A stretch of 40,517 bases of DNA, from assembly GCA_937919915.1 (NCBI GenBank), contig CALFOL010000581.1:1-40517 (forward strand). The letters run 5' to 3'. The notes beneath the pieces are model-generated. The model had not been told where the DNA came from, made no database searches, and worked only from the letters and a program-made list of their open reading frames with translations. The translations under genes were made by a program, and so were the position numbers. This DNA is from an uncultured Planctomycetaceae bacterium. Lineage in GTDB: Bacteria > Planctomycetota > Planctomycetia > Planctomycetales > Planctomycetaceae. Shown one piece after another: positions 21,279 to 31,321 of this stretch (position 1 is the first letter of the stretch; each line of letters begins with the position of its first letter).

Positions 21279-24200
21279 CTAGTCCCGCGAACCTGGTGTG
21301 ACCTTTAGCGTGATGCTTTTCCCGTCGCGTTGAACCACGATCTCGACTTCCTGGCCAATCTTCATGGCCTCGATCGCATACGTGTAGTCGTAGATATTCT
21401 CGATCGCCTTGCCAGCCAGTTTGACAATGATGTCTCCACCAGCCACACCGGCCTTGTCTGCCGGACCGCCTTTGGCCACGCCCGACAACAAGACTCCTTT
21501 GGTGTCGGATTCGGCGTAGTCCGGAATCGACCCCAGATACGCTCGCAGGTTGGCTCGACGCTGTCCGTCAGTTGGCTTCGTCTGCATGACATAGTCTGGC
21601 ATGCGTTCGCGGCTGATCAGGTTTCGGCACACCAGATTCATCAACTGAGCAACCTGAGAAATCCCTTCGTAGTTCAGCTTTTCCGGTGTGTCTCGAGGCG
21701 TGTGATATTCACCATGGTTGCCGGTGAACGCTGACAGAATCGGCACGCCATGCAGAAAGAAGACGCTGGCATCTGTGGGGATATAACTGTCCTCCTGAAG
21801 ACTTAACGACAACCCCGTTGGGATGTTGCACTGTTCAACGATCTGCTTCCAGCTGGCGGATGATCCAATGCCCTGCAGAACCAGTTTCTCCTGCATGCGT
21901 CCGACCATGTCCATGTTCAGGCAGGCCGCGATGTACATGTGCAGGCCGCCCGTGTTGGGGCCGGATTCTCTTTCCTGCTGAGCTTCTTTGGCTGCGACTT
22001 TGCCCGCTTCAGGATCTTCCGTTTTCTGCACTTCCCTTTCCGGACTCGTCATCGCTGCCGCGTGCTTCGAGAACATTGTTTCCAGATCTTTGATGTAGTG
22101 ACTGGAACCCAGCAGTCCGAGTTCTTCGCCAGACCATGCTGCGAAGATCACGTCTCGCTGTCCTTCCAGTTCGCCACGATCCTTTGCCTGCGCCATCGAT
22201 TCGGCAATCTGCAGCATGGCGGCAACACCCGAGGCGTTGTCGTCGGCGCCAAAGTGAATCCCCGATGACTCATCGTCTTTCGCCAGCGAGTTAGCACTCG
22301 CTCCGGCACCAAGGTGGTCGATATGAGCTCCCACAACCACAACTTCGTGAGCCAGGCTTTCGTTCAATTGCAGGCGGCCAAGGACGTTGCGACCGGTTTT
22401 CTTTTCCTGTTGAATGTCGATGCTGGCAGAAATCTGCAGGCCCTTAATCGGGAAGCCCATGGCGGCATCGCCGTTGTCGAGTTTTTTCTGGACGCTCTGC
22501 AGATCGCGACCGATCTTTTTCAGCCAGCCATCAGCCACCTCATCCGTTACGCTCAGTACCGCCAGGCTGGTACCGGCCAGTGATCCGTCGAACTGCAAAG
22601 GTACCAGCTGTTTTTTTACTTCGGATGTCGGGCCACTGACAATGATCAAACCGCGAGCCCCCATGTCGCGCACCTTCATTGCCTTAAATCGCAGGCTGCT
22701 GAATTTATTAAGATGCTGGCGTTGTTCCGCAGAAATGTCTTCAGGCATAAAGCGAAAGCAGACGACCCATTTGTCTTTCACGTCCAGGTGAACAAAGGAA
22801 TCGTATTCTTCGAAGTCGTCTTTGGCCGGAGCCTGAATTCCATAGCCAGCGAATACCACATCGGCTGAAGAAATATCGCCGGTCTTCGAGAACACAAGCG
22901 GTTGCCAGTCTTTACTGAGCTGAAGTTCCTGATCCCCTGACAGCAGTTTGTTGTTTTCGCCAGCGGAGACTCCGGATGTGAATTCGAACGGCTGAAACCA
23001 AGTGCCATCGACACCGGCAGGTTCCAGCCCAAGAGTTTCCAGATATAATGCAACGTAGTTTGTCGCCAGCTTTTCGCCGCGTGTTCCGGTCAGTCGCCCC
23101 TGCAACTGTGGACGGCAAAGATACTCGACGTGTCGCACTGCATCCGCTGGCGAAAAGTCTGCACGAGCCGTCGGACTACGTGCGGTGAGCGATTCGTTGG
23201 CCATGTTTTTTGTGGCAGGTGACGATTCGAAATCCAGCCCGAGCAACTCCAAAGCTTTGCGATGATTCCATTCGGCAATAAAGATCTGTCCCTTATTGTT
23301 CACCGTCCGGCTGGCGGTCCACGACAACTGTTCGCCGTCTGGCGTGAATACGGGAAGGCCGTCAAAGCCCGCAGTATGAGTTACTCGAACAGGATCCTGT
23401 TTACCCTCACGATCCACCATGTATAGTTCGAAGTTCGCGAACCCGTGTTTATTGGTTGTGAAGATCAGATATTTGTCGGACGGATGAAAGTACGGAGCCC
23501 AGGACATGGCACCTAAACGCGTGATTTGTTTTTGGTTGTTGCCGTCTACGTCCATCGTCATGATTTCCGCTGTCGCGCCATTTTCTGAAAAGCGTCGCCA
23601 GCAGATGCTTTTTCCATCAGCAGAAAAGAACGGGCCACCATCGTAACCGGAAAACGTCGTCAGTCGACGGACGTTCGTGCCATCAGAATTCATGATGTAG
23701 ATTTCGTTCGCCCACGACGGATCACGTTCAAACAATTCCTGCTGTTTTTCTGTCAGTTTTTCTTCGTAACCGGATCGGTTGGAAGCGAACGCAATCAGGC
23801 TTCCATCCGGTGACCATGATCCTTCGGCGTCATAGCCGTTTGTGTTGGTCAGATTGCGAGACTGCTTCGTCTTCAGGTCGTAGTCGTAGATGTCGTAGAA
23901 GGTATCGTAGTCCCAGGAATAGCGAGGCGTTGTTCCGGAGGCCCGCATTTCGATTTCCGCCTGTTGCTCCTGTTTGGCATCAGGGTCGTCCTGGGTGGAC
24001 GCGTACAACACGCGATTGCCATCCGGGTGAATCCAGGCGCAGGTTGTTTTGCCGATACCGGGCGAAATCAGTTCTGTCTTCCCGGAATCCAGATTCGTCA
24101 GATAGATCTGAAAGAACGGATTGTCTTCGTACCGCTCACTCTGGAATACCATCTTCCGTCCGTCAGCGCTGAAATAACCTTCACCCGCGCGGCGGCCTTC

Positions 24201-24383
24201 GAACGTCAACTGACGCGTGCGGGTGATCAGGCGTTGTTCCAGCTTAGTCGCCGCCGCGGGATCTGTTGCGGAGATATCGTCGTCAGCGGCTGGCTGTTCC
24301 TGAGCGAATCCGCTGGAGCAAAGCCACATGCAGAAAATCAGGATGGGAGGAATGCAACGACGAAGAGTGGCGGAGAAGTGCAT
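21279..24383 (-). CDS. M28-family aminopeptidase with N-terminal TolB-like beta-propeller, PA domain and C-terminal PDZ domain
   Basis: Propeller repeats (EGYFSADG, EGSWSPDG, GPFFSADG), PA domain (VVFAGYGI), M28 motifs (GAHIDHLG, GADDNASG, GEELGLLGS, NMDMVGR, YHTPRD) and PDZ (YLGSIPDY, GPADKAG). The likely start is ATG 24383; the ORF track starts at 24419. Confidence 0.93.
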   Translation of the reverse strand: MHFSATLRRCIPPILIFCMWLCSSGFAQEQPAADDDISATDPAAATKLEQRLITRTRQLTFEGRRAGEGYFSADGRKMVFQSERYEDNPFFQIYLTNLDSGKTELISPGIGKTTCAWIHPDGNRVLYASTQDDPDAKQEQQAEIEMRASGTTPRYSWDYDTFYDIYDYDLKTKQSRNLTNTNGYDAEGSWSPDGSLIAFASNRSGYEEKLTEKQQELFERDPSWANEIYIMNSDGTNVRRLTTFSGYDGGPFFSADGKSICWRRFSENGATAEIMTMDVDGNNQKQITRLGAMSWAPYFHPSDKYLIFTTNKHGFANFELYMVDREGKQDPVRVTHTAGFDGLPVFTPDGEQLSWTASRTVNNKGQIFIAEWNHRKALELLGLDFESSPATKNMANESLTARSPTARADFSPADAVRHVEYLCRPQLQGRLTGTRGEKLATNYVALYLETLGLEPAGVDGTWFQPFEFTSGVSAGENNKLLSGDQELQLSKDWQPLVFSKTGDISSADVVFAGYGIQAPAKDDFEEYDSFVHLDVKDKWVVCFRFMPEDISAEQRQHLNKFSSLRFKAMKVRDMGARGLIIVSGPTSEVKKQLVPLQFDGSLAGTSLAVLSVTDEVADGWLKKIGRDLQSVQKKLDNGDAAMGFPIKGLQISASIDIQQEKKTGRNVLGRLQLNESLAHEVVVVGAHIDHLGAGASANSLAKDDESSGIHFGADDNASGVAAMLQIAESMAQAKDRGELEGQRDVIFAAWSGEELGLLGSSHYIKDLETMFSKHAAAMTSPEREVQKTEDPEAGKVAAKEAQQERESGPNTGGLHMYIAACLNMDMVGRMQEKLVLQGIGSSASWKQIVEQCNIPTGLSLSLQEDSYIPTDASVFFLHGVPILSAFTGNHGEYHTPRDTPEKLNYEGISQVAQLMNLVCRNLISRERMPDYVMQTKPTDGQRRANLRAYLGSIPDYAESDTKGVLLSGVAKGGPADKAGVAGGDIIVKLAGKAIENIYDYTYAIEAMKIGQEVEIVVQRDGKSITLKVTPGSRD

Positions 24384-24532
24384 GACCACGAAAGTTCCGT
24401 TCGGCAAATGAGTTGACATTCGGCAGAGAATTCTGCGAGGGAAGCATTATACGCGGGTTGAGCGTCGCTGCCAGCGGTTCGCGAGATTGCTGGGCTGGCG
24501 CTGCAGGATCTGCAGAAAGCAGAACACTGACA

Positions 24533-26314
24533 TTAACCGCCGTCGTTGGTTGTTTTGCCAAGGACAATATCGAAATCACTGATCGACGGGACCAGCATCG
24601 CGATGGACGCAAAACCGTAGGCCACGCAGATCCAGAAACACACACCCAGACTGCCGCCCAGCAGGAAGTCTGTGATCGCATAGAATGTCAGAAACGGCAG
24701 CATGACTGCCGCGATCGTCAGTGCGCTCGACGGATTTTTGTAGGTCAGCGAACTATAGAGCCCAATGCTGCCCAATCCGATGAACACGATAAAGCTCTGC
24801 ATCTGAATGGCGAACGACGAACGGGCCTCAACCAACAGCAGCATGAACACAAAGATCCCAATGAACAGGAAGAACATCGTGCCCAGGCTATGACCAATTG
24901 CTGCACGCGAATTGTCGTACGTCAGGCCCGCGTGTAACCCCAGCATGATCGAAAACAGGCACAGCACAGAATACGCAATTACCAGGTAAGCCAGATTCTC
25001 AACCGACAGCGTTGCTGACGAACCATTGATCAGTGTCCAGACCAGCAATATTACCGGAACCAGAATCATCTCCCGCACATTCCAGATCGCGCCCAGGATC
25101 TTTCCGGTCATAAATTCGCGGGCGCTGATGTCCGTGGCCAGCAAAATGTCCAGCGTGTTACTGTCACGTTCTGTTGAGATCGATGTCACCGCCTGAGCAT
25201 TAATCAACAGCAAACTGATGACGCCGATCGCCAGGAAGGCAGCAGCCCCTGGCGACACCATTCCCAGCACCAGTGCACCTGATCCGCCGCCAGCTGCGAC
25301 AACGCCGTAGCCAATCAGGAACGCCAGCAGAATGTAGGCCAGCTTAATAAACACGATCTTACGACCGTATCCTTTGGTGACCACTTCTTTCCATGTGACG
25401 GGATTGTCCCAGACAGCACGATGTTGCCTGCGTTCGGTGACTTTGCTGACGACGTGCTCTGGTTTAACCGAAGCGGCAGCAGGATTCTGTGTTTCTTCTT
25501 CCAGCACGCTTTGCCGCAACGCCTGTGACGGGTTCCACACCCTCAAACGAGCCACCGTAAACAGACTTAAAGCCAACGCCAGTCCCAGCAGGAAGACCAC
25601 CGAAGGCAAAGCAGACACCTGAGCAACCCCGGTGACAGTGCTGCTTAGCGGGTTCAGCACAGAAAACAACGCGCGGTAGGGCGATGCCTGCACAATCCAG
25701 TTGCCGATTGCAGAGTTCACGCCAAGCACACCGACGAGACCTTCTGTCAGTGCCAGAAACAACACGACACCCAGCACACTGATAGCCAGCGTCTGAAACG
25801 TTTTCTGGCGCCAATATGCGACCAGGCAACCCCAGGTTCCGGCGGCCAGCGCCGTTGACGCAACAATGGCTTCGACCCAGAACACCTGTTCCCAGGTGAT
25901 GCCACCCAACAATCGCAACGCGCAAAACACGGGCAACGACGCAGCTATCAATACACCCACAATCAGCAGACTCGCGAACAGTTTTCCATACGTGAGTTCA
26001 CGACTGCGCATGTCTGTCATTAACAACAGAATCAGCGTCCGGCGATCTTTCTCCTGAGCAATGTTTGCCGCCGTGAACAACGTGGCGAAGAACATCCCCA
26101 ACGTCAACTGCAGTAAGGCCAGGATCCCGAACACCAGGCTGCTAAACGTAGCGATGTCCCCGGAAAACAGAGTATCCTGAAATCCGATCGTGGCCTGGCG
26201 AACGGTATAGATCAACACCAGCAGGAACGCCACATAGCCGGATCGCAGCAGGTAGTGACGCAGGCGTCGTGGTGCGGTGAGAGCTTCTCGGGCAAAAATA
26301 GGGCCGGCGAGCAC
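24533..26314 (-). CDS. ABC-2-type transporter permease (two membrane modules)
   Basis: Many TM helices, with duplicated I..E[KR]...TL..LL.TD motifs (IAQEKDRRTLILLLMTD and ISTERDSNTLDILLATD). The likely start is GTG 26314, preceded by a GAGGA RBS. Confidence 0.88.
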   Translation of the reverse strand: MLAGPIFAREALTAPRRLRHYLLRSGYVAFLLVLIYTVRQATIGFQDTLFSGDIATFSSLVFGILALLQLTLGMFFATLFTAANIAQEKDRRTLILLLMTDMRSRELTYGKLFASLLIVGVLIAASLPVFCALRLLGGITWEQVFWVEAIVASTALAAGTWGCLVAYWRQKTFQTLAISVLGVVLFLALTEGLVGVLGVNSAIGNWIVQASPYRALFSVLNPLSSTVTGVAQVSALPSVVFLLGLALALSLFTVARLRVWNPSQALRQSVLEEETQNPAAASVKPEHVVSKVTERRQHRAVWDNPVTWKEVVTKGYGRKIVFIKLAYILLAFLIGYGVVAAGGGSGALVLGMVSPGAAAFLAIGVISLLLINAQAVTSISTERDSNTLDILLATDISAREFMTGKILGAIWNVREMILVPVILLVWTLINGSSATLSVENLAYLVIAYSVLCLFSIMLGLHAGLTYDNSRAAIGHSLGTMFFLFIGIFVFMLLLVEARSSFAIQMQSFIVFIGLGSIGLYSSLTYKNPSSALTIAAVMLPFLTFYAITDFLLGGSLGVCFWICVAYGFASIAMLVPSISDFDIVLGKTTNDGG

Positions 26315-26318
26315 GTAA

Positions 26319-27716
26319 TTATTCCTCTTCGGAGACCGGAACGTCAAATCCGGTTCGTTGTTCCATTACCCACTCGCGCTGCGCGTCAGGAATTCGTCCG
26401 GACTCTTTCAACATGAGCGGAATCAGGCGATGCTCCTTGTATTCAGCCTCGCCGTTGTTCTGACGAATCTTAATCATGTACATCACGGCCAGCAGACCTT
26501 CTTCAATGTATGCATCGTGGTCAGCGACTTCCGGATGTCGTTCAAACAGATCGGCCATCAGGTTAATGCCGTCAGTAAAGTACTGCTCTGCCTGAGACGG
26601 TTTGTCGCCATCGTTGAAAGTTTGCCCCAGTGAAAATGCGATTTTCCCGTTGTAGATGGCTTTGTGGGCTGCAACTGTCAGGTCATTGCGTTCGCAGTTG
26701 GCGAGGTTCTGCCAGAAGCGATAGTTGACCATTTTGACATTCTGTTCCCAGACCCTTCTTTGCTGCTCGGGGGTTACGCCATTAGCCTCCGCCATGGCGA
26801 TGATTTCTTCTTGTGTGGAATTCAGTTTGTACTTGATGTCTTCCAGGCCGAGAAATATGTCGTTGCCGTAATTGTCCGTCCATTCCTTGTACGCACGTTC
26901 CCACGCTTCTCTGTTTTCACCACCGAAGACACCTTCTGTCTGGCGAGCTTTCGCGTAGTCGTACAGGGATCGCGCTGGCCCCTGTCGAGCGATCACGTGT
27001 GTCATTTTCTGGATGCGATACAACAGATCTTTCTCGTTCGTGCGAACGAACCAGTCATGAGCAACCAGGTAGTTATCGTCTCCGTTGGGATTAATTTCCG
27101 GATCCGCCGTCCCGTCAAACGTCTTAGTGTCCGGGTCGTTTTTGAAGAATTTGCGAAAGAACTTCTTCTCGTCCGAGTTCCCGAATTTTCGCCCCATAAA
27201 GTCACCTGTGTTGTGAAACAGGGCGGTCGAGGTTTCGTTACGAGTGGTACCGAGCTGCAGGAACTTGATGCCTTCTTTGACCCAGAAGAAGCGGTCGCTG
27301 ACCTGGTCCCATTCGCGCGAAACATTGAACGCGAGGTTCCAGCCCTGAAATTTCCAGATCTCAATATAGTGCGGCTGCAGCTTGATGATCGAATCAACGG
27401 TCGTCTTCAGTTTGCTCCAGTCTTTGCGTTCCTGATAATCCAGGGCCTTCAGATGCAGCACACTGGCCGCGGGACCGCGCAGTCCCAGCAGCACCAGGCT
27501 CATTGCAGCACTGGATGGGTCGATCTGCCCCAGCCGACTTTCTCCAAGGTCATACTTGACGCGCATTTGCGCGAGCACTCCGCCGGAAACAGTTGACTGT
27601 GTTCCAGGAATCACGTCTTCTGACGTGGGAGCCCCAAGGTAGATGATCGGAATCAGCAGGGCAAGAATACAGCCTGCATAGATAAGCTTGCGTTGACGTG
27701 ACGTAAGATCGTTCAT
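26319..27716 (-). CDS. Membrane-anchored helical protein of unknown function encoded in the ABC operon (family often mislabelled IRE protein in planctomycetes)
   Basis: N-terminal TM, then LQPHYIEIWKFQGWNLAFNVSREWD and a TPR-like helical body. It overlaps the upstream permease gene by 4 nt. Confidence 0.75.
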   Translation of the reverse strand: MNDLTSRQRKLIYAGCILALLIPIIYLGAPTSEDVIPGTQSTVSGGVLAQMRVKYDLGESRLGQIDPSSAAMSLVLLGLRGPAASVLHLKALDYQERKDWSKLKTTVDSIIKLQPHYIEIWKFQGWNLAFNVSREWDQVSDRFFWVKEGIKFLQLGTTRNETSTALFHNTGDFMGRKFGNSDEKKFFRKFFKNDPDTKTFDGTADPEINPNGDDNYLVAHDWFVRTNEKDLLYRIQKMTHVIARQGPARSLYDYAKARQTEGVFGGENREAWERAYKEWTDNYGNDIFLGLEDIKYKLNSTQEEIIAMAEANGVTPEQQRRVWEQNVKMVNYRFWQNLANCERNDLTVAAHKAIYNGKIAFSLGQTFNDGDKPSQAEQYFTDGINLMADLFERHPEVADHDAYIEEGLLAVMYMIKIRQNNGEAEYKEHRLIPLMLKESGRIPDAQREWVMEQRTGFDVPVSEEE

Positions 27717-30013
27717 TTCGCTTCCAACTCACGGAACTTCAGGCACGCTGCGCCAATAATGACGCACGGCACAAGGAACCCAACAAATGTTGCAATAGCA
27801 GGCAGCACTGAGCTGGCCCACGGGACATCAAAACCATTTTCAATATAGATAGCCGCAGAAGTAAAGTTGCTGAAGTCCGGAATGATGTTGCTCGCTGCGT
27901 GCAGCAGTCCCAGATTCACCTTATCCGCTGCTTGAATCATCTGCATGCTGCGTTCGCTGGTATCAATACCAGTACTCGGACTTCGATGCTGCACAATCAT
28001 CATCGCAGATTCGATCATCCCCGAGCCTTTTTCCTGCCCCATCAGGATACGTGTCATGAAGGAATGGAAGAACTGGCCGATCACAAACATCGTCAACGTA
28101 AAGAAGAACGAAACCGGGCCCTTCACGATACAGCTTGCCGTCACGCCCAGCACGATCACCAGGCACAGCATCAGTCCGATGTTCAGCAAAGCCTTAGAGT
28201 AACCGACAAAAAAGCTGTTGTCCTTCAGACGGATGAACATGTCTGAACGAGCCATTCCCAAATACATCTGGTCATCAAGACACGCAACCTGGATTCGTAA
28301 AGCACCATGTGGTGCCAGGTCCTTGAAAAGATCAGCTTTCAACACCCAGCCGGCAGGATCCTGAGAAATCAGTCGTTCTTCGCGGACGAGGCGGTCAAAG
28401 ACCTGCAGGAAGCGTCCGTTGTCTGCTACAGCCAGCTTTCCGTCTGCCGCCAGTAGTTTACCGGCTTCAATCTCTGCCTGCAAAACCTCGATAACAAGTT
28501 CCGCATTCACAGTTTCAATATTCGCTGCTTCGAGATCACTCAGCAGATCCGCCGAGAGTTCGCTGCCTTTCACCGCTTTGCCCAGATCATTGAGATCAGT
28601 GATCGTCCTGGTCAAAAAGCGAGCTGTCGATTCGTTGTTGGCTGTGTAGGTCAGTTCGCGAGGGTAAGTTTCGTAAGCATCACCTTCGTGAAATTCATGG
28701 ACCTCAAACGGTTCCAGCGGAACCTCAATTCGGGGCATTGCTTCTCGCAGGTCATCCCCACGTTCGTTTAGCACGTCCGCCAGCGCGGCACAGGCAATCG
28801 ACATTTTACCACGAGATGCTTCATCCTCAGGGTCAATCACTTCAGACGCAGCAAAGCCGAATTCCTCGAATGCTTTTGCAACATCTTCAAAGCCCTTTTC
28901 GATTTTCCGGAGTACATATGCCGACTCCTGGACACTGGCGATTGCGACCTGCCGACAATCGATGGGGGAGAAGTCCAGCGGAGCGGAACTCATTCGTTCC
29001 GCAACCGTCGACAATAGTTGCGATGCATTTTGGAAGTTACCTTCCCGCAGTGCTTCGCCAGCTTCGCGAAAACTGGCCCCAACGCCAAAGGAAGAGAATG
29101 CCTCTTCGCGAGTGTCCTGCAGTAGCGTGTACTGAGCTTCGAGACCACTGGTCATCGACTGCTCTGACCCTTTGATGGTTCGAAAGGCCTCAAAACGCGA
29201 CTCAAGTCTAAGCGATTCCCCAATAGTCTCAGGAAAAATGTCGTTAAAAATCCAAACAGCGCGACTTCGAGTATTGCCCTCGACAAACGAACGGAACTTC
29301 CACGCATCACCGACATTCAAACCTGTTCGACTGGGGAGCCCCTCTCGATCCAGAAAATAGAAGAAGTCTCCGTAAACCGGCACACGGCATGTCAGCAGAT
29401 TGGTACCGCCGTTAATCCCCTTCATGTCGTCAGGGACCTGACGTTGAATCCATACGTAGCCCACGGCTCCCATTAGTATCAGGATGGTGATTGCCATCGT
29501 GCCGTATCCGAACATTCGTCCCAATACCACTTCCACACGGCGAGCCGGCTTGGTAACCACGGTGTGCAGCGACCGCAGACGAATATCTTCCGGAATTCCC
29601 CAACAGCTCAGGAAAATCACAACAGGCAGGATCAACCATGAAATTGTTGTCAGCACAAACGCGATATGATTGCTGACTTCCAACTCAGCACGCTCGGCAG
29701 ATTCGGGCAGAAACCAACCGCCGAACATCAACAATACAGCGAATACGACGAACACCAGCAACGCCTTGCGACGTACGCATTCTTTAACTGTCAATGCCGT
29801 CAGTGCCCAGATTCTGCCTGGTGATACCGTAACGATTTCTTTAAAGAAGCTCACAAGCCCCTTTAGAAAAACGGGCAAACCATTCGCACCGCCGCCGTAC
29901 AGAAACGATCCCAGAAGTCCGAGGCCGATCGCGATGGCTCCGATGATCCCAACCAGCTGCAACCAGCTGTTGAAACCTGAAACGAAGTTAAAAGGTGTTG
30001 GATTGAAATCCAT
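27713..30013 (-). CDS. ABC transporter permease with a large extracytoplasmic insertion
   Basis: N- and C-terminal TM clusters, the motif IPEDIRLRSLHTVVTKPARRVEVVLGR, a soluble central region of roughly 400 aa, and the terminus FRELEAK. Confidence 0.85.
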   Translation of the reverse strand: MDFNPTPFNFVSGFNSWLQLVGIIGAIAIGLGLLGSFLYGGGANGLPVFLKGLVSFFKEIVTVSPGRIWALTALTVKECVRRKALLVFVVFAVLLMFGGWFLPESAERAELEVSNHIAFVLTTISWLILPVVIFLSCWGIPEDIRLRSLHTVVTKPARRVEVVLGRMFGYGTMAITILILMGAVGYVWIQRQVPDDMKGINGGTNLLTCRVPVYGDFFYFLDREGLPSRTGLNVGDAWKFRSFVEGNTRSRAVWIFNDIFPETIGESLRLESRFEAFRTIKGSEQSMTSGLEAQYTLLQDTREEAFSSFGVGASFREAGEALREGNFQNASQLLSTVAERMSSAPLDFSPIDCRQVAIASVQESAYVLRKIEKGFEDVAKAFEEFGFAASEVIDPEDEASRGKMSIACAALADVLNERGDDLREAMPRIEVPLEPFEVHEFHEGDAYETYPRELTYTANNESTARFLTRTITDLNDLGKAVKGSELSADLLSDLEAANIETVNAELVIEVLQAEIEAGKLLAADGKLAVADNGRFLQVFDRLVREERLISQDPAGWVLKADLFKDLAPHGALRIQVACLDDQMYLGMARSDMFIRLKDNSFFVGYSKALLNIGLMLCLVIVLGVTASCIVKGPVSFFFTLTMFVIGQFFHSFMTRILMGQEKGSGMIESAMMIVQHRSPSTGIDTSERSMQMIQAADKVNLGLLHAASNIIPDFSNFTSAAIYIENGFDVPWASSVLPAIATFVGFLVPCVIIGAACLKFRELEAK

Positions 30014-30066
30014 GGCCAGGTTATTCCGGAAAAACGCAGAGAGACACGAACGATAAAATCGGGGTA

Positions 30067-30999
30067 CTATTTCTTAGAAGCATCCGCTTCTGCAGCGGGC
30101 TGCGTGGCAGCCATTTCTTCCGCCGTGAATCGTCGGCCTGGCCGCTCGCCACTTTCCCGCACAGTTTTCAGAAACAGTTCTTCCAGATCAGCACGTGGCT
30201 TCTGAATGCTGGGATCCGGCATGCCATGTTTTTTAAGCACTGCGCGAATTTCCGCGATGCCTTCTTCGCTGAGATTACCTGTGCGAATTTCCGTTTCTTC
30301 GCGAAGTTCCAGCAGTTCTTCGACGCTGCCCATGACTTTCAGTTCTCCCTGAAACATGACCGCAATCCGGTCACTCACGTCCTGTACGTCAGCCAGTTGA
30401 TGACTGCACAACAGAACCGTTTTGCCTTCGTCACGAAGCTTCAGGATCAGGTCTTTCATTTCCCGCGTTCCGATCGGGTCCAGACCGCTCGTTGGTTCGT
30501 CCAGGACAACCAGGTCCGGATTGTTGATCAGCGCCTGCGCCAATCCGATTCGGCGGGTCATCCCTTTGGAATACTCTTTTAGCTGACGACGTCGAGCCTG
30601 GTCGAGACCGACCAGTTTGATCAGTTCGTCCGCGCGTTGATTTCGCTCTTGCGCCGACATGTTGAACAATCGACCGTAGAAATCGAGCGTTTCATCAGCG
30701 TTCAGGAAGCGATACAGATACGACTCTTCCGGCAGATAGCCGATCCGTTCGTTCTTGGCGACGTCGGATGCTTTTTTGCCGAGAATCGAAATCTCCCCGG
30801 ATGTCGGGAACAGAAGTCCCAACAGCATTTTAATCGTGGTGGTCTTGCCGGATCCGTTGGGCCCCAGCAGTCCAAAGACCTCGCCACGTTTCACGTCCAA
30901 GCTTAGGCTCTTAACCGCCTGAACCTTTTTTCGACCCCAGAAATCCCGGTAAACCTTGGACAGGTTTCTGATTTCGATCACGTTTTCCTGAGTCTGCAT
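30067..30999 (-). CDS. ABC transporter ATP-binding protein (exporter type)
   Basis: Walker [10 protein letters not shown], signature YSKGM, Walker B VVLDEPT and H-loop CSH. Confidence 0.97.
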   Translation of the reverse strand: MQTQENVIEIRNLSKVYRDFWGRKKVQAVKSLSLDVKRGEVFGLLGPNGSGKTTTIKMLLGLLFPTSGEISILGKKASDVAKNERIGYLPEESYLYRFLNADETLDFYGRLFNMSAQERNQRADELIKLVGLDQARRRQLKEYSKGMTRRIGLAQALINNPDLVVLDEPTSGLDPIGTREMKDLILKLRDEGKTVLLCSHQLADVQDVSDRIAVMFQGELKVMGSVEELLELREETEIRTGNLSEEGIAEIRAVLKKHGMPDPSIQKPRADLEELFLKTVRESGERPGRRFTAEEMAATQPAAEADASKK

Positions 31000-31321
31000 A
31001 CTATTCGTTCTACGACAAAAAAGTGCTGGAACCGAAGCGATTTAACTTGGTTTTCACCTCCAGCCCACGTTGTGAACCTCGGTGCATACCGGGGATACGT
31101 CTGTTTCCCGTGATTTGTTTGTGGAAATCGCAGAATTCCGCGATCCCACCTCCGGGTTTCGCCGGAATGCTACTCCTTGCCGCCAATCGCACATCCAACA
31201 GTTTGCCGCGTTTCGCCAAAGCGTTCGATGAGATAGGATGAGACCCCGATTTGTCATCAACTTGATGGATACGAATCGTCCCTAAATCAAATCCTCTTTT
31301 TTTCGCCCTCCGGCAAACGCA

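Noticed and set aside
26319-27716. Iron-responsive element or iron regulation implied by the legacy IRE label
   Set aside because: Nothing in the sequence supports an iron-related function, and there are no iron-uptake genes nearby.
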